Source: an uncultured virus (IMG/VR IMGVR_UViG_3300028393_000031)
Taxonomy: Duplodnaviria; Heunggongvirae; Uroviricota; Caudoviricetes
Length of the DNA stretch: 57,052 bases
Virus record (IMG/VR): IMGVR_UViG_3300028393_000031
Direction: 5' to 3' (one strand)
Under the pieces are notes generated by a model. The model was not told the origin of the DNA. It ran no database searches and worked only from the letters and a program-made list of their open reading frames with translations. Both the position numbers and the translations under genes were made by a program. Shown here one piece after another: positions 38,935 through 48,113 of the stretch (positions are counted from its first letter, which is position 1; each line of letters starts with the position of its first letter).

Positions 38935-40500
38935 ATGAGTAAAGCACCCGAATTCGCGTTAGTCAAAAAACCTTTTACTATATCCTCTTTCACTGAGGAT
39001 GAACTACAAGAGTTTGTTAAATGCGCAGACCCAATCGATGGTCCGCAGCATTTCATGAACAAATATTTTTACATACAACATCCTGTCCAAGGCAGGATAT
39101 TGTATCACCCTTTTCCGTATCAAGCCAGATTAATTGATACATATCATAATTTTCGTTTCAGCATAAGTCTAATGCCTCGTCAAACAGGTAAAACTACTAG
39201 TGCAGCCGGATACTTATTATGGTATGCTATGTTTGTTCCCGACAGCACTATCCTGGTTGCAGCACACAAATACACAGGTGCTCAGGAAATTATGCAACGT
39301 ATACGCTATGCATATGAATCTGTTCCCGATTTTATACGTGCCGGAGTTACTAACTACAATAAAGGTAGTATAGAATTTGAAAATGGATCGCGTATAGTAG
39401 CACAAACAACCACCGAAACAACAGGTCGTGGTATGTCTATATCATTACTATACTCGGATGAGTTTGCTTACGTGAGACCTACCATTGCCAAAGAGTTCTG
39501 GACTAGTATTTCGCCTACACTTAGCACTGGTGGTAAAGCAATTATCACATCAACGCCTAACAGCGACGAGGATCAGTTTGCTATACTTTGGAAAGAAGCA
39601 AATAAATGTCTAGACGAGTACGGTAATACTACTACGTTGGGTATTAACGGATTTAAAGCATATCGGTCAACATGGGACGAGCATCCGGATCGTGACGAAA
39701 AATGGGCATCAGAAGAACGCGGACGTATTGGCCCAGACAGATTCAGGCGTGAGCACGATTGCGAATTCTTGATTTATGATGAAACATTAATAAATGCGTC
39801 AACATTGTTAGATTTAGAGCCTAGTAACCCAATTGAAAAACAAGGACAGATACGTTGGTTTTCTAAACCCAAAAAAGGATGCACCTATATGATAGGATTA
39901 GATCCTAGTTTAGGTACTGGTGGAGACTTTGCAGCATTGCAGGTAGTTGAATTACCATCGTGTCGACAAGTAGCCGAATGGCAACATAATCGTACACCTA
40001 TTCTTGGGCAAATATATGTGCTTAAAGAAATATGTAATTATCTGTATGAACAAATTGGTACAGAAACTGACATATATTATAGCGTAGAAAACAATTCAAT
40101 TGGCGAAGCCGCATTGATTGTAATTGCAGAAGTTGGTGAGGAAAACATACGCGGAGTATTTTTAAGTGAGCCAGCAAGAGTAGGGCAAGCAAGGCGCTAT
40201 CGTAAAGGGTTTACTACTACCAATAAAAGCAAAATTACTGCCTGCGTTAAGTTTAAAAGCATGGTTGAGCATAAAAAATTGTTCATTGGCAGTTCAAATT
40301 TAATTAGTGAACTAAAGACATTTGTTGCGTCAGGTGGCTCATTTGCAGCAAAAATTGGGGAAACTGACGATCTGGTAATGAGCATGTTGTTAGTTATACG
40401 TATGTTATCAATTTTGCAAAATTATGATCCTACTTTGGATAATCATCTTAAAGACATGAACGACGAAACCATGATGCCTATGCCCTTCATAATGTTTTAA
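38935..40500 (+). CDS. gp17: Terminase large subunit
   Basis: Q-motif PFPYQ, Walker A MPRQTGKTT, Walker B LLYSDEFA, coupling motif ITSTPN, nuclease motifs IGLDPSLG and TDDLVMS; no intein. Confidence 0.96.
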   Translation: MSKAPEFALVKKPFTISSFTEDELQEFVKCADPIDGPQHFMNKYFYIQHPVQGRILYHPFPYQARLIDTYHNFRFSISLMPRQTGKTTSAAGYLLWYAMFVPDSTILVAAHKYTGAQEIMQRIRYAYESVPDFIRAGVTNYNKGSIEFENGSRIVAQTTTETTGRGMSISLLYSDEFAYVRPTIAKEFWTSISPTLSTGGKAIITSTPNSDEDQFAILWKEANKCLDEYGNTTTLGINGFKAYRSTWDEHPDRDEKWASEERGRIGPDRFRREHDCEFLIYDETLINASTLLDLEPSNPIEKQGQIRWFSKPKKGCTYMIGLDPSLGTGGDFAALQVVELPSCRQVAEWQHNRTPILGQIYVLKEICNYLYEQIGTETDIYYSVENNSIGEAALIVIAEVGEENIRGVFLSEPARVGQARRYRKGFTTTNKSKITACVKFKSMVEHKKLFIGSSNLISELKTFVASGGSFAAKIGETDDLVMSMLLVIRMLSILQNYDPTLDNHLKDMNDETMMPMPFIMF

Positions 40501-40532
40501 CTAAATATACATAGCAACACAGGGTTATACCT

Positions 40533-42044
40533 ATGAAAAATAATATAGATAGAATAGCAGAAGAACTTTTTGATAAAATTCGTAGTCGATTTGACGATAT
40601 AAGTTTGGGCGATGAAAATGTAGAAGAACCCAAAGACGATAATCCAAGTTTAGCTAGATTTTTTAACTTTGATTATAAATCAGCAGACGGTGTAAATTAT
40701 GGTAATATTACCATGAGCATTTTGGATGAAGAAAGTTTGAAAATTTGGTACAGTTCAAATCTAACTGATAAAATACAAGAGCAAGAAGCAGATGTTAAAG
40801 AATGGTTTAACTTTTTAAAGTCGCTTAGATATTTTGCTAAACGTAATATGATGAAGTTTGACGTTAGAGATATTAGCGCAGATAATTTAACTATTAGAGA
40901 TTTAAAGAGTATAGCCAACACAATGTCGTCTTATGATACAAACGACAAAGCTACTCAATCAGTCAACGAAAGTCAATTCTATAACAATAGTCGTACCAGC
41001 ATACAAGAATTTGGGCCAGTTAAATTAGTTATACGCCATAGTGACCCTGTTAACGAAGAAATTCCAGGTTCTAGATCACGTAAAATTCATAATATGTTTA
41101 TAGAAACTGAGCTAGGCGAACGGTTTCTATTGCCCTTTAAAAGGGTAAATGCTGGCCGAGCAATGGCAGAACATTTAGCTCACGGTGGACTAATACATGA
41201 CGACGTTAGTAAACATATCGTTGGCATAGTAAATGAAATGGGTAACTTGGCTTTCTTTGTACGTGGCACAAAAAATCGTGTATTTGAAGATAATGAAACA
41301 CAAGCAATGGTAGAAGCAGCTATTTCAAGATACCATAATTTACGTTCGGATTTAAAAAAATTAGGAGGTTCAAGAGGTTATGAGAATTTCGCTGAAACTT
41401 TTCAACCTTCTGCACCAATTGAAGAACAATACGACCTCGAAGAATTAAAAAATCGTTTTGTTAAAAAGATGTTTGATGACAGATTAACTAACGCATTACC
41501 TTATGTTCATAGGGCTTACACTCAACACAAAATGACTGAAGAAAACAAATACATTAAAGAGTTTGACGATTGGGCAGACGAAGTAACCGGTGACGAAGAC
41601 ATTGATATTTCTGGAATAGGAAAATTAATGCAGAAACCAATTGAAGTGGGAATCGATGGGTTAGATGCTATTAATGCTATCAAACCGTTTATACCAGATA
41701 ATAACGAAGATTTGTTTTCGAAAATTAAAAAATTGGGCGACGATATTGGAAACTCAGTTGATGCACGACCGGTTATACACGACTGGCTACAAGACAATGG
41801 ATATCCTTCTTCTTTTAAAAGTGAAACAGATCCGGAACAAGAACCTCAGCCAGAGCTACCACCGGCGCCTGCACCGGAACCTGCAGAACCAACTCCGACT
41901 CCCACTGCACCACCACCTCAACCAAAGGCATCACCACCCCAACCAAAGGCACCACCTCAGCCTGGAGTGTTACCACAGCCTATGCCATTACCCGGCAAAC
42001 CATTAGCTGAACTAGCGGCATTAAAGCGGTTAGCAGGACTTTAA
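40533..42044 (+). CDS. Late hypothetical (probably head-associated) protein with a proline-rich C-terminal tail
   Basis: 503 aa, late promoter TAAATA at 40502; PPQPKA repeats before terminal ELAALKRLAGL. Confidence 0.75.
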   Translation: MKNNIDRIAEELFDKIRSRFDDISLGDENVEEPKDDNPSLARFFNFDYKSADGVNYGNITMSILDEESLKIWYSSNLTDKIQEQEADVKEWFNFLKSLRYFAKRNMMKFDVRDISADNLTIRDLKSIANTMSSYDTNDKATQSVNESQFYNNSRTSIQEFGPVKLVIRHSDPVNEEIPGSRSRKIHNMFIETELGERFLLPFKRVNAGRAMAEHLAHGGLIHDDVSKHIVGIVNEMGNLAFFVRGTKNRVFEDNETQAMVEAAISRYHNLRSDLKKLGGSRGYENFAETFQPSAPIEEQYDLEELKNRFVKKMFDDRLTNALPYVHRAYTQHKMTEENKYIKEFDDWADEVTGDEDIDISGIGKLMQKPIEVGIDGLDAINAIKPFIPDNNEDLFSKIKKLGDDIGNSVDARPVIHDWLQDNGYPSSFKSETDPEQEPQPELPPAPAPEPAEPTPTPTAPPPQPKASPPQPKAPPQPGVLPQPMPLPGKPLAELAALKRLAGL

Positions 42045-42075
42045 CAATTTGGGCAGATTGATGCCCAAATTTGTT
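42043..42075 (+). terminator. Hairpin/terminator abutting the -35 of the gp32 promoter
   Basis: AACAATTTGGGCA-GATTGA-TGCCCAAATTTGTT. Confidence 0.65.
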
Positions 42076-42123
42076 GACTTTCTTTATATATTATTATATA
42101 CTGCCTTACGTATGTACTAAATA
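42074..42123 (+). promoter_or_regulatory. Early promoter plus late promoter for gp32
   Basis: TTGACT-17 nt-TATACT (42074-42102) and TAAATA (42118-42123). Confidence 0.7.
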
Positions 42124-42198
42124 CATATGTTACATTCTAATTTCTGAATGTATCTAAGCAAACTTAAAGACCATCTTAATTTATAAAGGAAACACATC

Positions 42199-43212
42199 AT
42201 GGCAACTACTCTAGCAGAAATCCGCGCAAAATTGCAAGCAGCCGAGAACCGTGGCTCAACTGGTTCACAATCAAATGGCGAATCGCCCATTTATCCGCAC
42301 TGGAATATCCAAGAAGGTACTAGTGCAAAAATCCGTTTCTTACCCGACGCAGACCCAAAAAATTCATACTTCTGGGTTCAACGTGAAATGATCAAATTAT
42401 CATTTGTTGGCGTTAAAGGCCAACCAGATAGCCGTCCTGTACAAGTGCAAGTTCCATGTATGGAAATGTACGGTAAAGATGTACCGTGCCCTATCTTGGC
42501 AGAAGTCCGTCCTTGGTTTAAAGACCCAGCATTGGAAGAAATGGGTCGTAAATACTGGAAGAAAAAATCTTATTTGTTCCAGGGTTTTGTGCGTGAGAAT
42601 CCATTGAGCGATGAAAAGACTCCAGAGAATCCAATACGTCGTTTCATTATCAGTCCTCAGATTTTTAACTTAATCAAGAGTGCAATAATGGATCCCGATC
42701 TTGAAAACATGCCTACAGACTATATGTCTGGACTGGACTTTACAGTTACTAAGACTACCAAGGGTGGTTACAGTGACTACAACACCAGTAAGTGGGCTCG
42801 TAAAGAAAGCGCATTGACTAATACTGAACAAGATGCAATTGAAAAATTTGGATTGTTTAATCTATCTGAATTTATGCCTAAGAAGCCGGGCGAAGTTGAA
42901 CTCAAGGTAATGAAGGAAATGTTTGAAGCCAGTGTTAATGGCGAAGAATATGATCCAGAGCGTTGGGGACAATATTTTAAGCCCAGCGGCATGAACTTTG
43001 GTGATGCCGCACCAGCAGCTAAATCGGCAGCTAAACCAGCAGCAGCAGCACCAGCACCAGCAGAATCTACTCCTTGGGAAGATGATGTATCAGCAGCTGA
43101 GAAATCTTTTACACCAGCAGAGCCTACTCCAACAGCACCTGTTGCAGCACCGGCTACTTCAAGCCAACGTGCAGAAGATATCCTAGCAATGATTCGTAAT
43201 CGTCAGAAGTAA
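42199..43212 (+). CDS. gp32: Single-stranded DNA-binding protein (gp32-like)
   Basis: KIRFLPD, CPI, RKYWKKKSY, GLDF..KT..GGYSDY.TSKW and a flexible Ala/Pro tail; precedes uvsX. Confidence 0.9.
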   Translation: MATTLAEIRAKLQAAENRGSTGSQSNGESPIYPHWNIQEGTSAKIRFLPDADPKNSYFWVQREMIKLSFVGVKGQPDSRPVQVQVPCMEMYGKDVPCPILAEVRPWFKDPALEEMGRKYWKKKSYLFQGFVRENPLSDEKTPENPIRRFIISPQIFNLIKSAIMDPDLENMPTDYMSGLDFTVTKTTKGGYSDYNTSKWARKESALTNTEQDAIEKFGLFNLSEFMPKKPGEVELKVMKEMFEASVNGEEYDPERWGQYFKPSGMNFGDAAPAAKSAAKPAAAAPAPAESTPWEDDVSAAEKSFTPAEPTPTAPVAAPATSSQRAEDILAMIRNRQK

Positions 43213-43279
43213 AAAAACACGGCTTGGGCCTCTGCGGGTTGATCTCCGTACGCCCGGGTTATCTATTAGGAGTAAAAGT

Positions 43280-44350
43280 ATGGCAAAACCATTTGACGTA
43301 AGTAAATTTAGAAAAACAATTACCAAAGCAATTGACGGAATTGGCTTTGGATTTAATGATCCCACAGACTGGATCAGTACAAACAACTATGCATTGAACT
43401 ACCTTATCTCGGGTGAGTTTAATAAAGGAATTCCTTTAGGCAAAGTAACAGTATTTGCCGGAGAGTCCGGCGCAGGTAAGAGCTTCATCTGTAGCGGTAA
43501 TCTAGTTAAAAATGCACAATCACAAGGCATCTATGTTATCTTAATTGATACAGAAAATGCATTAGATGAAAAATGGCTACATGATCTTGGAGTAGATACT
43601 ACCGAAAGTAAGTTACTTAAACTTAACATGGCCATGATTGACGATGTAGCCAGAATGATCAGTGAGTTTGTTAAAGAATATAAATCAATCCCAGAAGGCG
43701 ATCGTCCCAAGGTATTGTTTGTATTAGACAGTCTCGGCATGATGTTAACACCAACAGATGTTAACCAATTTGAGGCAGGTGACATGAAAGGTGATATGGG
43801 TCGAAAGCCTAAAGCACTTACAAGTCTTGTTCGTAATTGTGTTAACATGTTTGGTAACTTAAACCTAGGGTTGGTATGTACTAATCATACATACGCAAGC
43901 CAAGACATGTTTGACCCAGATGATAAAATCAGTGGCGGACAAGGATTCATCTATGCAAGTAGTATTGTAGTTGCTATGAAGAAACTCAAACTCAAAGAAG
44001 ATGAAGATGGCAATAAGATATCAGAAGTAAAAGGTATCCGTGCCGCGTGTAAGATTATGAAAACACGTTATGCCAAGCCCTTTGAAAGTGTACAAGTTAA
44101 GATTCCATATGAAACAGGTATGAATCCTTACAGTGGACTAACTGATTTGATTGAAGCACGTAATATGCTCAAGAAAGAAGGTAATAGTTTAGTGTACACT
44201 ACAGCAGACGGAGAGATCATTAAGAAGTTCCGTAAGGCGTGGGAACGCAACGACGAAGAATGTTTGGACAAAGTGATGGCAGATATTGAGGCCAATCCTA
44301 ACATTGCACAGAATAAAGATGTTACAATAGCTGACGAGGAGTTAATATGA
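43280..44350 (+). CDS. uvsX: RecA-like recombinase
   Basis: Walker A GESGAGKS, IDTENALD, LDSLG, GDMG, TNHTY, SGG.G..YASS. Confidence 0.95.
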   Translation: MAKPFDVSKFRKTITKAIDGIGFGFNDPTDWISTNNYALNYLISGEFNKGIPLGKVTVFAGESGAGKSFICSGNLVKNAQSQGIYVILIDTENALDEKWLHDLGVDTTESKLLKLNMAMIDDVARMISEFVKEYKSIPEGDRPKVLFVLDSLGMMLTPTDVNQFEAGDMKGDMGRKPKALTSLVRNCVNMFGNLNLGLVCTNHTYASQDMFDPDDKISGGQGFIYASSIVVAMKKLKLKEDEDGNKISEVKGIRAACKIMKTRYAKPFESVQVKIPYETGMNPYSGLTDLIEARNMLKKEGNSLVYTTADGEIIKKFRKAWERNDEECLDKVMADIEANPNIAQNKDVTIADEELI

Positions 44351-44577
44351 GTATCGAAATTGACACACTATCCGAAGTTTACACAATCCTTAAACAATAT
44401 ATTCCAGTTAAGGATCGTCAAGAAGCAGCCGATAACCTAATGGGGTTGCTAGTTGATATGCTTGACGATCTTGAACTCAAAGAATTGAGTGGAGTGGATT
44501 CTGTATTGAGCAGGGCATATAAAGAATATGCCGGCGAATCCGACGAAGAAGAGATTGATCTAGGCTACGAAGATTAA
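44347..44577 (+). CDS. Small acidic hypothetical protein
   Basis: 76 aa with SD GAGGAG and ATGA overlap with uvsX. Confidence 0.75.
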   Translation: MSIEIDTLSEVYTILKQYIPVKDRQEAADNLMGLLVDMLDDLELKELSGVDSVLSRAYKEYAGESDEEEIDLGYED

Positions 44578-44579
44578 CA

Positions 44580-45032
44580 ATGTGGTATAATCGAGTTGTC
44601 AATTCTCTTAATGCAATACCCGATTTTATTGACTACTACGAAAACGAATTAAATTCGGCACGTACCGAATGCCGAATTTCGGGTATTGTAGAAAAAAACA
44701 TTGCAGCTCTGCCGGGTATAACAGAACATAGATTTAATCAGCTTCAAGAAATTGAAGCTGTATTAAACTTTCTCAACATACAGCTAAAGAAAATTAGACG
44801 TAAGCACTTCCAAAAATATTTGGAAGGATATGCCCGTGCATTAACTAGTCGTGATGCAGAAAAATATGTTGACGGAGAAGATGAAGTAATTGACTACGAA
44901 ACAATTATTAACTCTGTGGCACTAGTACGTAATAAGTACTTAGGTATACTTAAAGGTCTTGAAACCAAAGCATTCCAATTGAGTAACATAACTCGATTGA
45001 GAGTTGCTGGGATGGAAGACATATCTGTATAA
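44580..45032 (+). CDS. uvsY: Recombination mediator protein UvsY
   Basis: 150-aa helical protein; DAEKYVDGEDE..YLGILKGLETKAFQLSNI..R.AG matches the UvsY C-terminus; uvsX context. Confidence 0.8.
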   Translation: MWYNRVVNSLNAIPDFIDYYENELNSARTECRISGIVEKNIAALPGITEHRFNQLQEIEAVLNFLNIQLKKIRRKHFQKYLEGYARALTSRDAEKYVDGEDEVIDYETIINSVALVRNKYLGILKGLETKAFQLSNITRLRVAGMEDISV

Positions 45033-45038
45033 CCTATC

Positions 45039-45308
45039 GTGAATGACATACAATTTAGAGCACAAACTTTACTAGAACAATGGCATATATATAGAAATAG
45101 CGGAAGCTGTGTAGATCTATTGGATATACAGCAGGCTAAAGACTATATGGATAAAATGTCTGAAGTTCTCACGGCTCAAATGTATTGTTCACTTACAGAT
45201 ATTGATTTAAGTGACCAATGCGATCGCTTTGAATTTGAACTATTTAAGTTTAAAAATAAGTTATTTAAAGATTTGATATCCGGATTACAAGTATCGATCG
45301 ATAAATAA
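45039..45308 (+). CDS. Hypothetical protein
   Basis: 89 aa, GTG start, fills the gap; weak SD. Confidence 0.55.
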   Translation: MNDIQFRAQTLLEQWHIYRNSGSCVDLLDIQQAKDYMDKMSEVLTAQMYCSLTDIDLSDQCDRFEFELFKFKNKLFKDLISGLQVSIDK

Positions 45309-45313
45309 CAAAT

Positions 45314-46843
45314 ATGCGTGATCTAATTAACCTCCTTACAGAAAGTCGCGGTCTTGGTGCTAGAAGGTCCGGTGAAATATTTGCCGATCCCGAAGGCAAT
45401 CAGATACGATTTGTTAGTATTAACTTCTACCCAGATGGTGGCGGCAATTACGAAACTGAAGAAGAAACCCAGTTAGCAATTAATGCTGTACTAGATCAAT
45501 TAGATGCAGATCCTACCCCTACTAATTGGTTTAGAAAAGGTCAGACACGAGCATTTGGCGTTGCTCAATTCATTGGTGATGATGGGCCAATGACATTTAT
45601 TAAATACTTTAAATCTGTACAGTCTGATCCAACCCAAAATGATTGGGACAATCAAACTGGTATACCTGGTTATAGATATGCAAGTAAAGCCGCTGTTAAA
45701 ACACAATCGCATGCCACACCTCAAGACATACTAACCGAGCTTGAAGACCTAACACCAATGGATATTGTAGAGCAAATATCTGCAAAGTTTCCTAACAGTA
45801 TATTAGTAGCAGTTGCCCAACACTTGGCTATTGGCGGCGAACTACCGTACACTTTTCCTGCTCCAACAGAAATGGATTTAGCTACATTCCAGGACTATTT
45901 CTGTGAGTTATTGCAGCCAATAGCATTACAGTCTGGGCAATACGAAGGCGAAGCTAAAATGGCCGAAGAAGCATTCCTAGGCGGCGTTGGCTATGCAGGA
46001 ACATTAATTAGTTTTGGCAATACTAAAACCGAAGGACTTAGTGATAGTATATTAGTCGCCGAGGATGGCAGAACTATGAAAGTTAGTACAAAAGGTGGCA
46101 AGGGCGCCGCTGCTAGTACAAAAAATATTCTTGATGCTTACAATCAATTGGTTAAAACCAAAGAAGGTAAAAAGATACTAAAACAGGTCGACGATGCAAT
46201 TAGCATCATTAATACAGTAAGTGAAGCTGGACAAGCAGAAGCGCCATTGTTATTGGGTGTTGAGTACGGTATAATAGATGAAAAAGATGCTGACTTTATT
46301 CGTACAATGAAGGCATATCCTATATTGGACTTAAACGATTTTATTACATCAAAAGATGTATCTAAAACATTAATAAAACTAGCTACTGAGCGCGGAACAA
46401 AGACGCCCGAATCTACTAACTTATTCTTTCACTTAACTGCGGCAGTTGCACATAAAGTTGCAGACTATGTTAACGAGAGCACCAATTTTAAACATGATGC
46501 AGCATTGATATTAAATCACAGCGCATTGGTGCAAGTTTATTCAAAAGTAACTTTCCAAGGTAAGCAATGGACATTACATAAGTTTACTAGTAAGTGGCCA
46601 GGCAGTGCAATTAGTGAAATTGAATTCGATGCTGGTAAGAATTACTATAGTACTGGAATCAAAGGCAATTTTACATTTGTTGTTGACCCTACTAAGAAAA
46701 GTAAAGGCAAGGATGCCCAAGGCATACCAGCAGCCAAACCAAAAGCAGCCGGAGCAAGTATGTCAGCAGACAAAACTAGTCATCTTCGAAAAGATAGACC
46801 GCCATCCGAAAAACAAAAAAGTGTCGGAAGAGAAAAACGATAA
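45314..46843 (+). CDS. Late protein, candidate internal head protein with a PD-(D/E)xK-like nuclease motif
   Basis: 509 aa; MRDLINLLTE N-terminus; TAAATA ends 6 nt before the ATG; E..(L)SD-x12-VSTK motif. Confidence 0.65.
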   Translation: MRDLINLLTESRGLGARRSGEIFADPEGNQIRFVSINFYPDGGGNYETEEETQLAINAVLDQLDADPTPTNWFRKGQTRAFGVAQFIGDDGPMTFIKYFKSVQSDPTQNDWDNQTGIPGYRYASKAAVKTQSHATPQDILTELEDLTPMDIVEQISAKFPNSILVAVAQHLAIGGELPYTFPAPTEMDLATFQDYFCELLQPIALQSGQYEGEAKMAEEAFLGGVGYAGTLISFGNTKTEGLSDSILVAEDGRTMKVSTKGGKGAAASTKNILDAYNQLVKTKEGKKILKQVDDAISIINTVSEAGQAEAPLLLGVEYGIIDEKDADFIRTMKAYPILDLNDFITSKDVSKTLIKLATERGTKTPESTNLFFHLTAAVAHKVADYVNESTNFKHDAALILNHSALVQVYSKVTFQGKQWTLHKFTSKWPGSAISEIEFDAGKNYYSTGIKGNFTFVVDPTKKSKGKDAQGIPAAKPKAAGASMSADKTSHLRKDRPPSEKQKSVGREKR

Positions 46844-46868
46844 AAAACGGTGCTTAGACACCGTTTTT
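46843..46868 (+). terminator. Intrinsic terminator
   Basis: AAAAACGGTG-CTTAGA-CACCGTTTTT. Confidence 0.8.
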
Positions 46869-46869
46869 C

Positions 46870-46898
46870 TTGATCTAATAGTGCATCTATGTTACAAT
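46870..46898 (+). promoter_or_regulatory. Sigma70-type promoter
   Basis: TTGATC-17 nt-TACAAT with extended -10 TG. Confidence 0.6.
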
Positions 46899-46925
46899 TA
46901 GTCTTATTAACTACTTTTGGGTACT

Positions 46926-47171
46926 ATGTCTAAACTTTCTTATATGGGCCGTCCCTGGGCTGTGTTTGATGCATCAAATCGCGAGCATCGAAGATGGTTT
47001 GCCAATTTTCAACATTCTGGCACTTGGGGTACATGTCCAGTTCGATTTGTAATTGCAGATGATCATGGAGATTTGGTTACTATGATTCAACGTAGATTAA
47101 TTGATTTTTATGTAACTAAAGAGTTTGCCAAAGAAATATCTAAAAGTCGCAGTCGTGTTAAAATCGCTTGA
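46926..47171 (+). CDS. Hypothetical protein
   Basis: 81 aa from ATG 46926 with SD GGGG; RPWAVFDASNREHR..WGTCPVRF. Confidence 0.75.
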   Translation: MSKLSYMGRPWAVFDASNREHRRWFANFQHSGTWGTCPVRFVIADDHGDLVTMIQRRLIDFYVTKEFAKEISKSRSRVKIA

Positions 47172-47196
47172 TTTGTCAATGATATTGTGTTACAAT
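47168..47196 (+). promoter_or_regulatory. Sigma70-type promoter
   Basis: TTGATT-17 nt-TACAAT with extended -10 TG. Confidence 0.6.
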
Positions 47197-47221
47197 CGTT
47201 AATCCAACAAAGGAATCTATT

Positions 47222-47383
47222 ATGTTTGAGTCAATTGAAATTCGAAAAGCCGCAAATGGTTTTATCTTAGTAGTTACAAAAGAAGATGAAACTAAAGAAT
47301 ATGTATATGACACAAGTCGAAAAGCTCTTCGTGTTATTAAAGAATATTTAGAACAAACTTCTAATTCTAAATCTGACGCATAA
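47222..47383 (+). CDS. Small hypothetical protein (53 aa, not in the ORF track)
   Basis: MFESIEIRKAANGFILVVTKEDETKEYVYDTSRKALRVIKEYLEQTSNSKSDA*, with SD AAGGA and a promoter upstream. Confidence 0.75.
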   Translation: MFESIEIRKAANGFILVVTKEDETKEYVYDTSRKALRVIKEYLEQTSNSKSDA

Positions 47384-47388
47384 CGCCT

Positions 47389-48111
47389 ATGATACGTACA
47401 GTTTTTTTAGTCACTAGTGCTATCAATACAAAATTTGGTGTGTACTCAAAAGAAGAACGGTTGAAACAAACATTAGATACTATTGCTAGTGTAAAAAAGT
47501 TTGTGCCAGACGCACGTATTTTTCTACTAGAAATGGCGGGTATACCGTTAAGTGAGAATCAGCTATCTGCCTTGAGCTCTGAAGTAGAAAGTGTGTTAGA
47601 CTTTACTGTCGATCCCGATGTGGTCGGCCTATACAACAGCACCGACAATTGGGATGTTGTTAAAAACGTCACAGAAGTCATGTGCTTTAATAAAGCATTA
47701 AAGCGTTTGCATGTCGATTTAAATAAATTTGAAAATGTAGATCGCATTTTTAAATTAAGCGGGCGCTATCTACTTAACGATCAATTTGATTTGTCATATT
47801 ATGACAACTATAAAGTACAAAATCAAATTGTAGTTGGTGTAAGTAGAGATAGTCAATTTCCATATTCACTTACTCTGATTAAAAGGCAATATATGAGTCG
47901 CCTTTGGTCTTGGCCTATTAGTTTAACCAATGAAATCATTAGGGTATATGACCAAAGTTTAGTGTACATGGGCGAACGTTTAGCAAACCAAGGATATGCC
48001 GATATAGAGCATGTATTATATAAATTCTTAGACTCGGATAAGTTACTAGAAAAACAAGTACTAGGCGTCCAGGGTAATATATCTCCTAATGGAATTGCAG
48101 TAAGAGACTAG
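47389..48111 (+). CDS. Putative GT-A-like glycosyltransferase
   Basis: FLVTSAI..ERLKQTLDTI.S..RIFKLSGRY..DIEH pattern; first gene of the glycan cluster. Confidence 0.55.
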   Translation: MIRTVFLVTSAINTKFGVYSKEERLKQTLDTIASVKKFVPDARIFLLEMAGIPLSENQLSALSSEVESVLDFTVDPDVVGLYNSTDNWDVVKNVTEVMCFNKALKRLHVDLNKFENVDRIFKLSGRYLLNDQFDLSYYDNYKVQNQIVVGVSRDSQFPYSLTLIKRQYMSRLWSWPISLTNEIIRVYDQSLVYMGERLANQGYADIEHVLYKFLDSDKLLEKQVLGVQGNISPNGIAVRD

Positions 48112-48113
48112 TT

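Noticed and set aside
38935..44350. Inteins or introns in gp17 or uvsX
   Set aside because: Lengths are normal, motifs are contiguous, and no intein terminal motifs are visible
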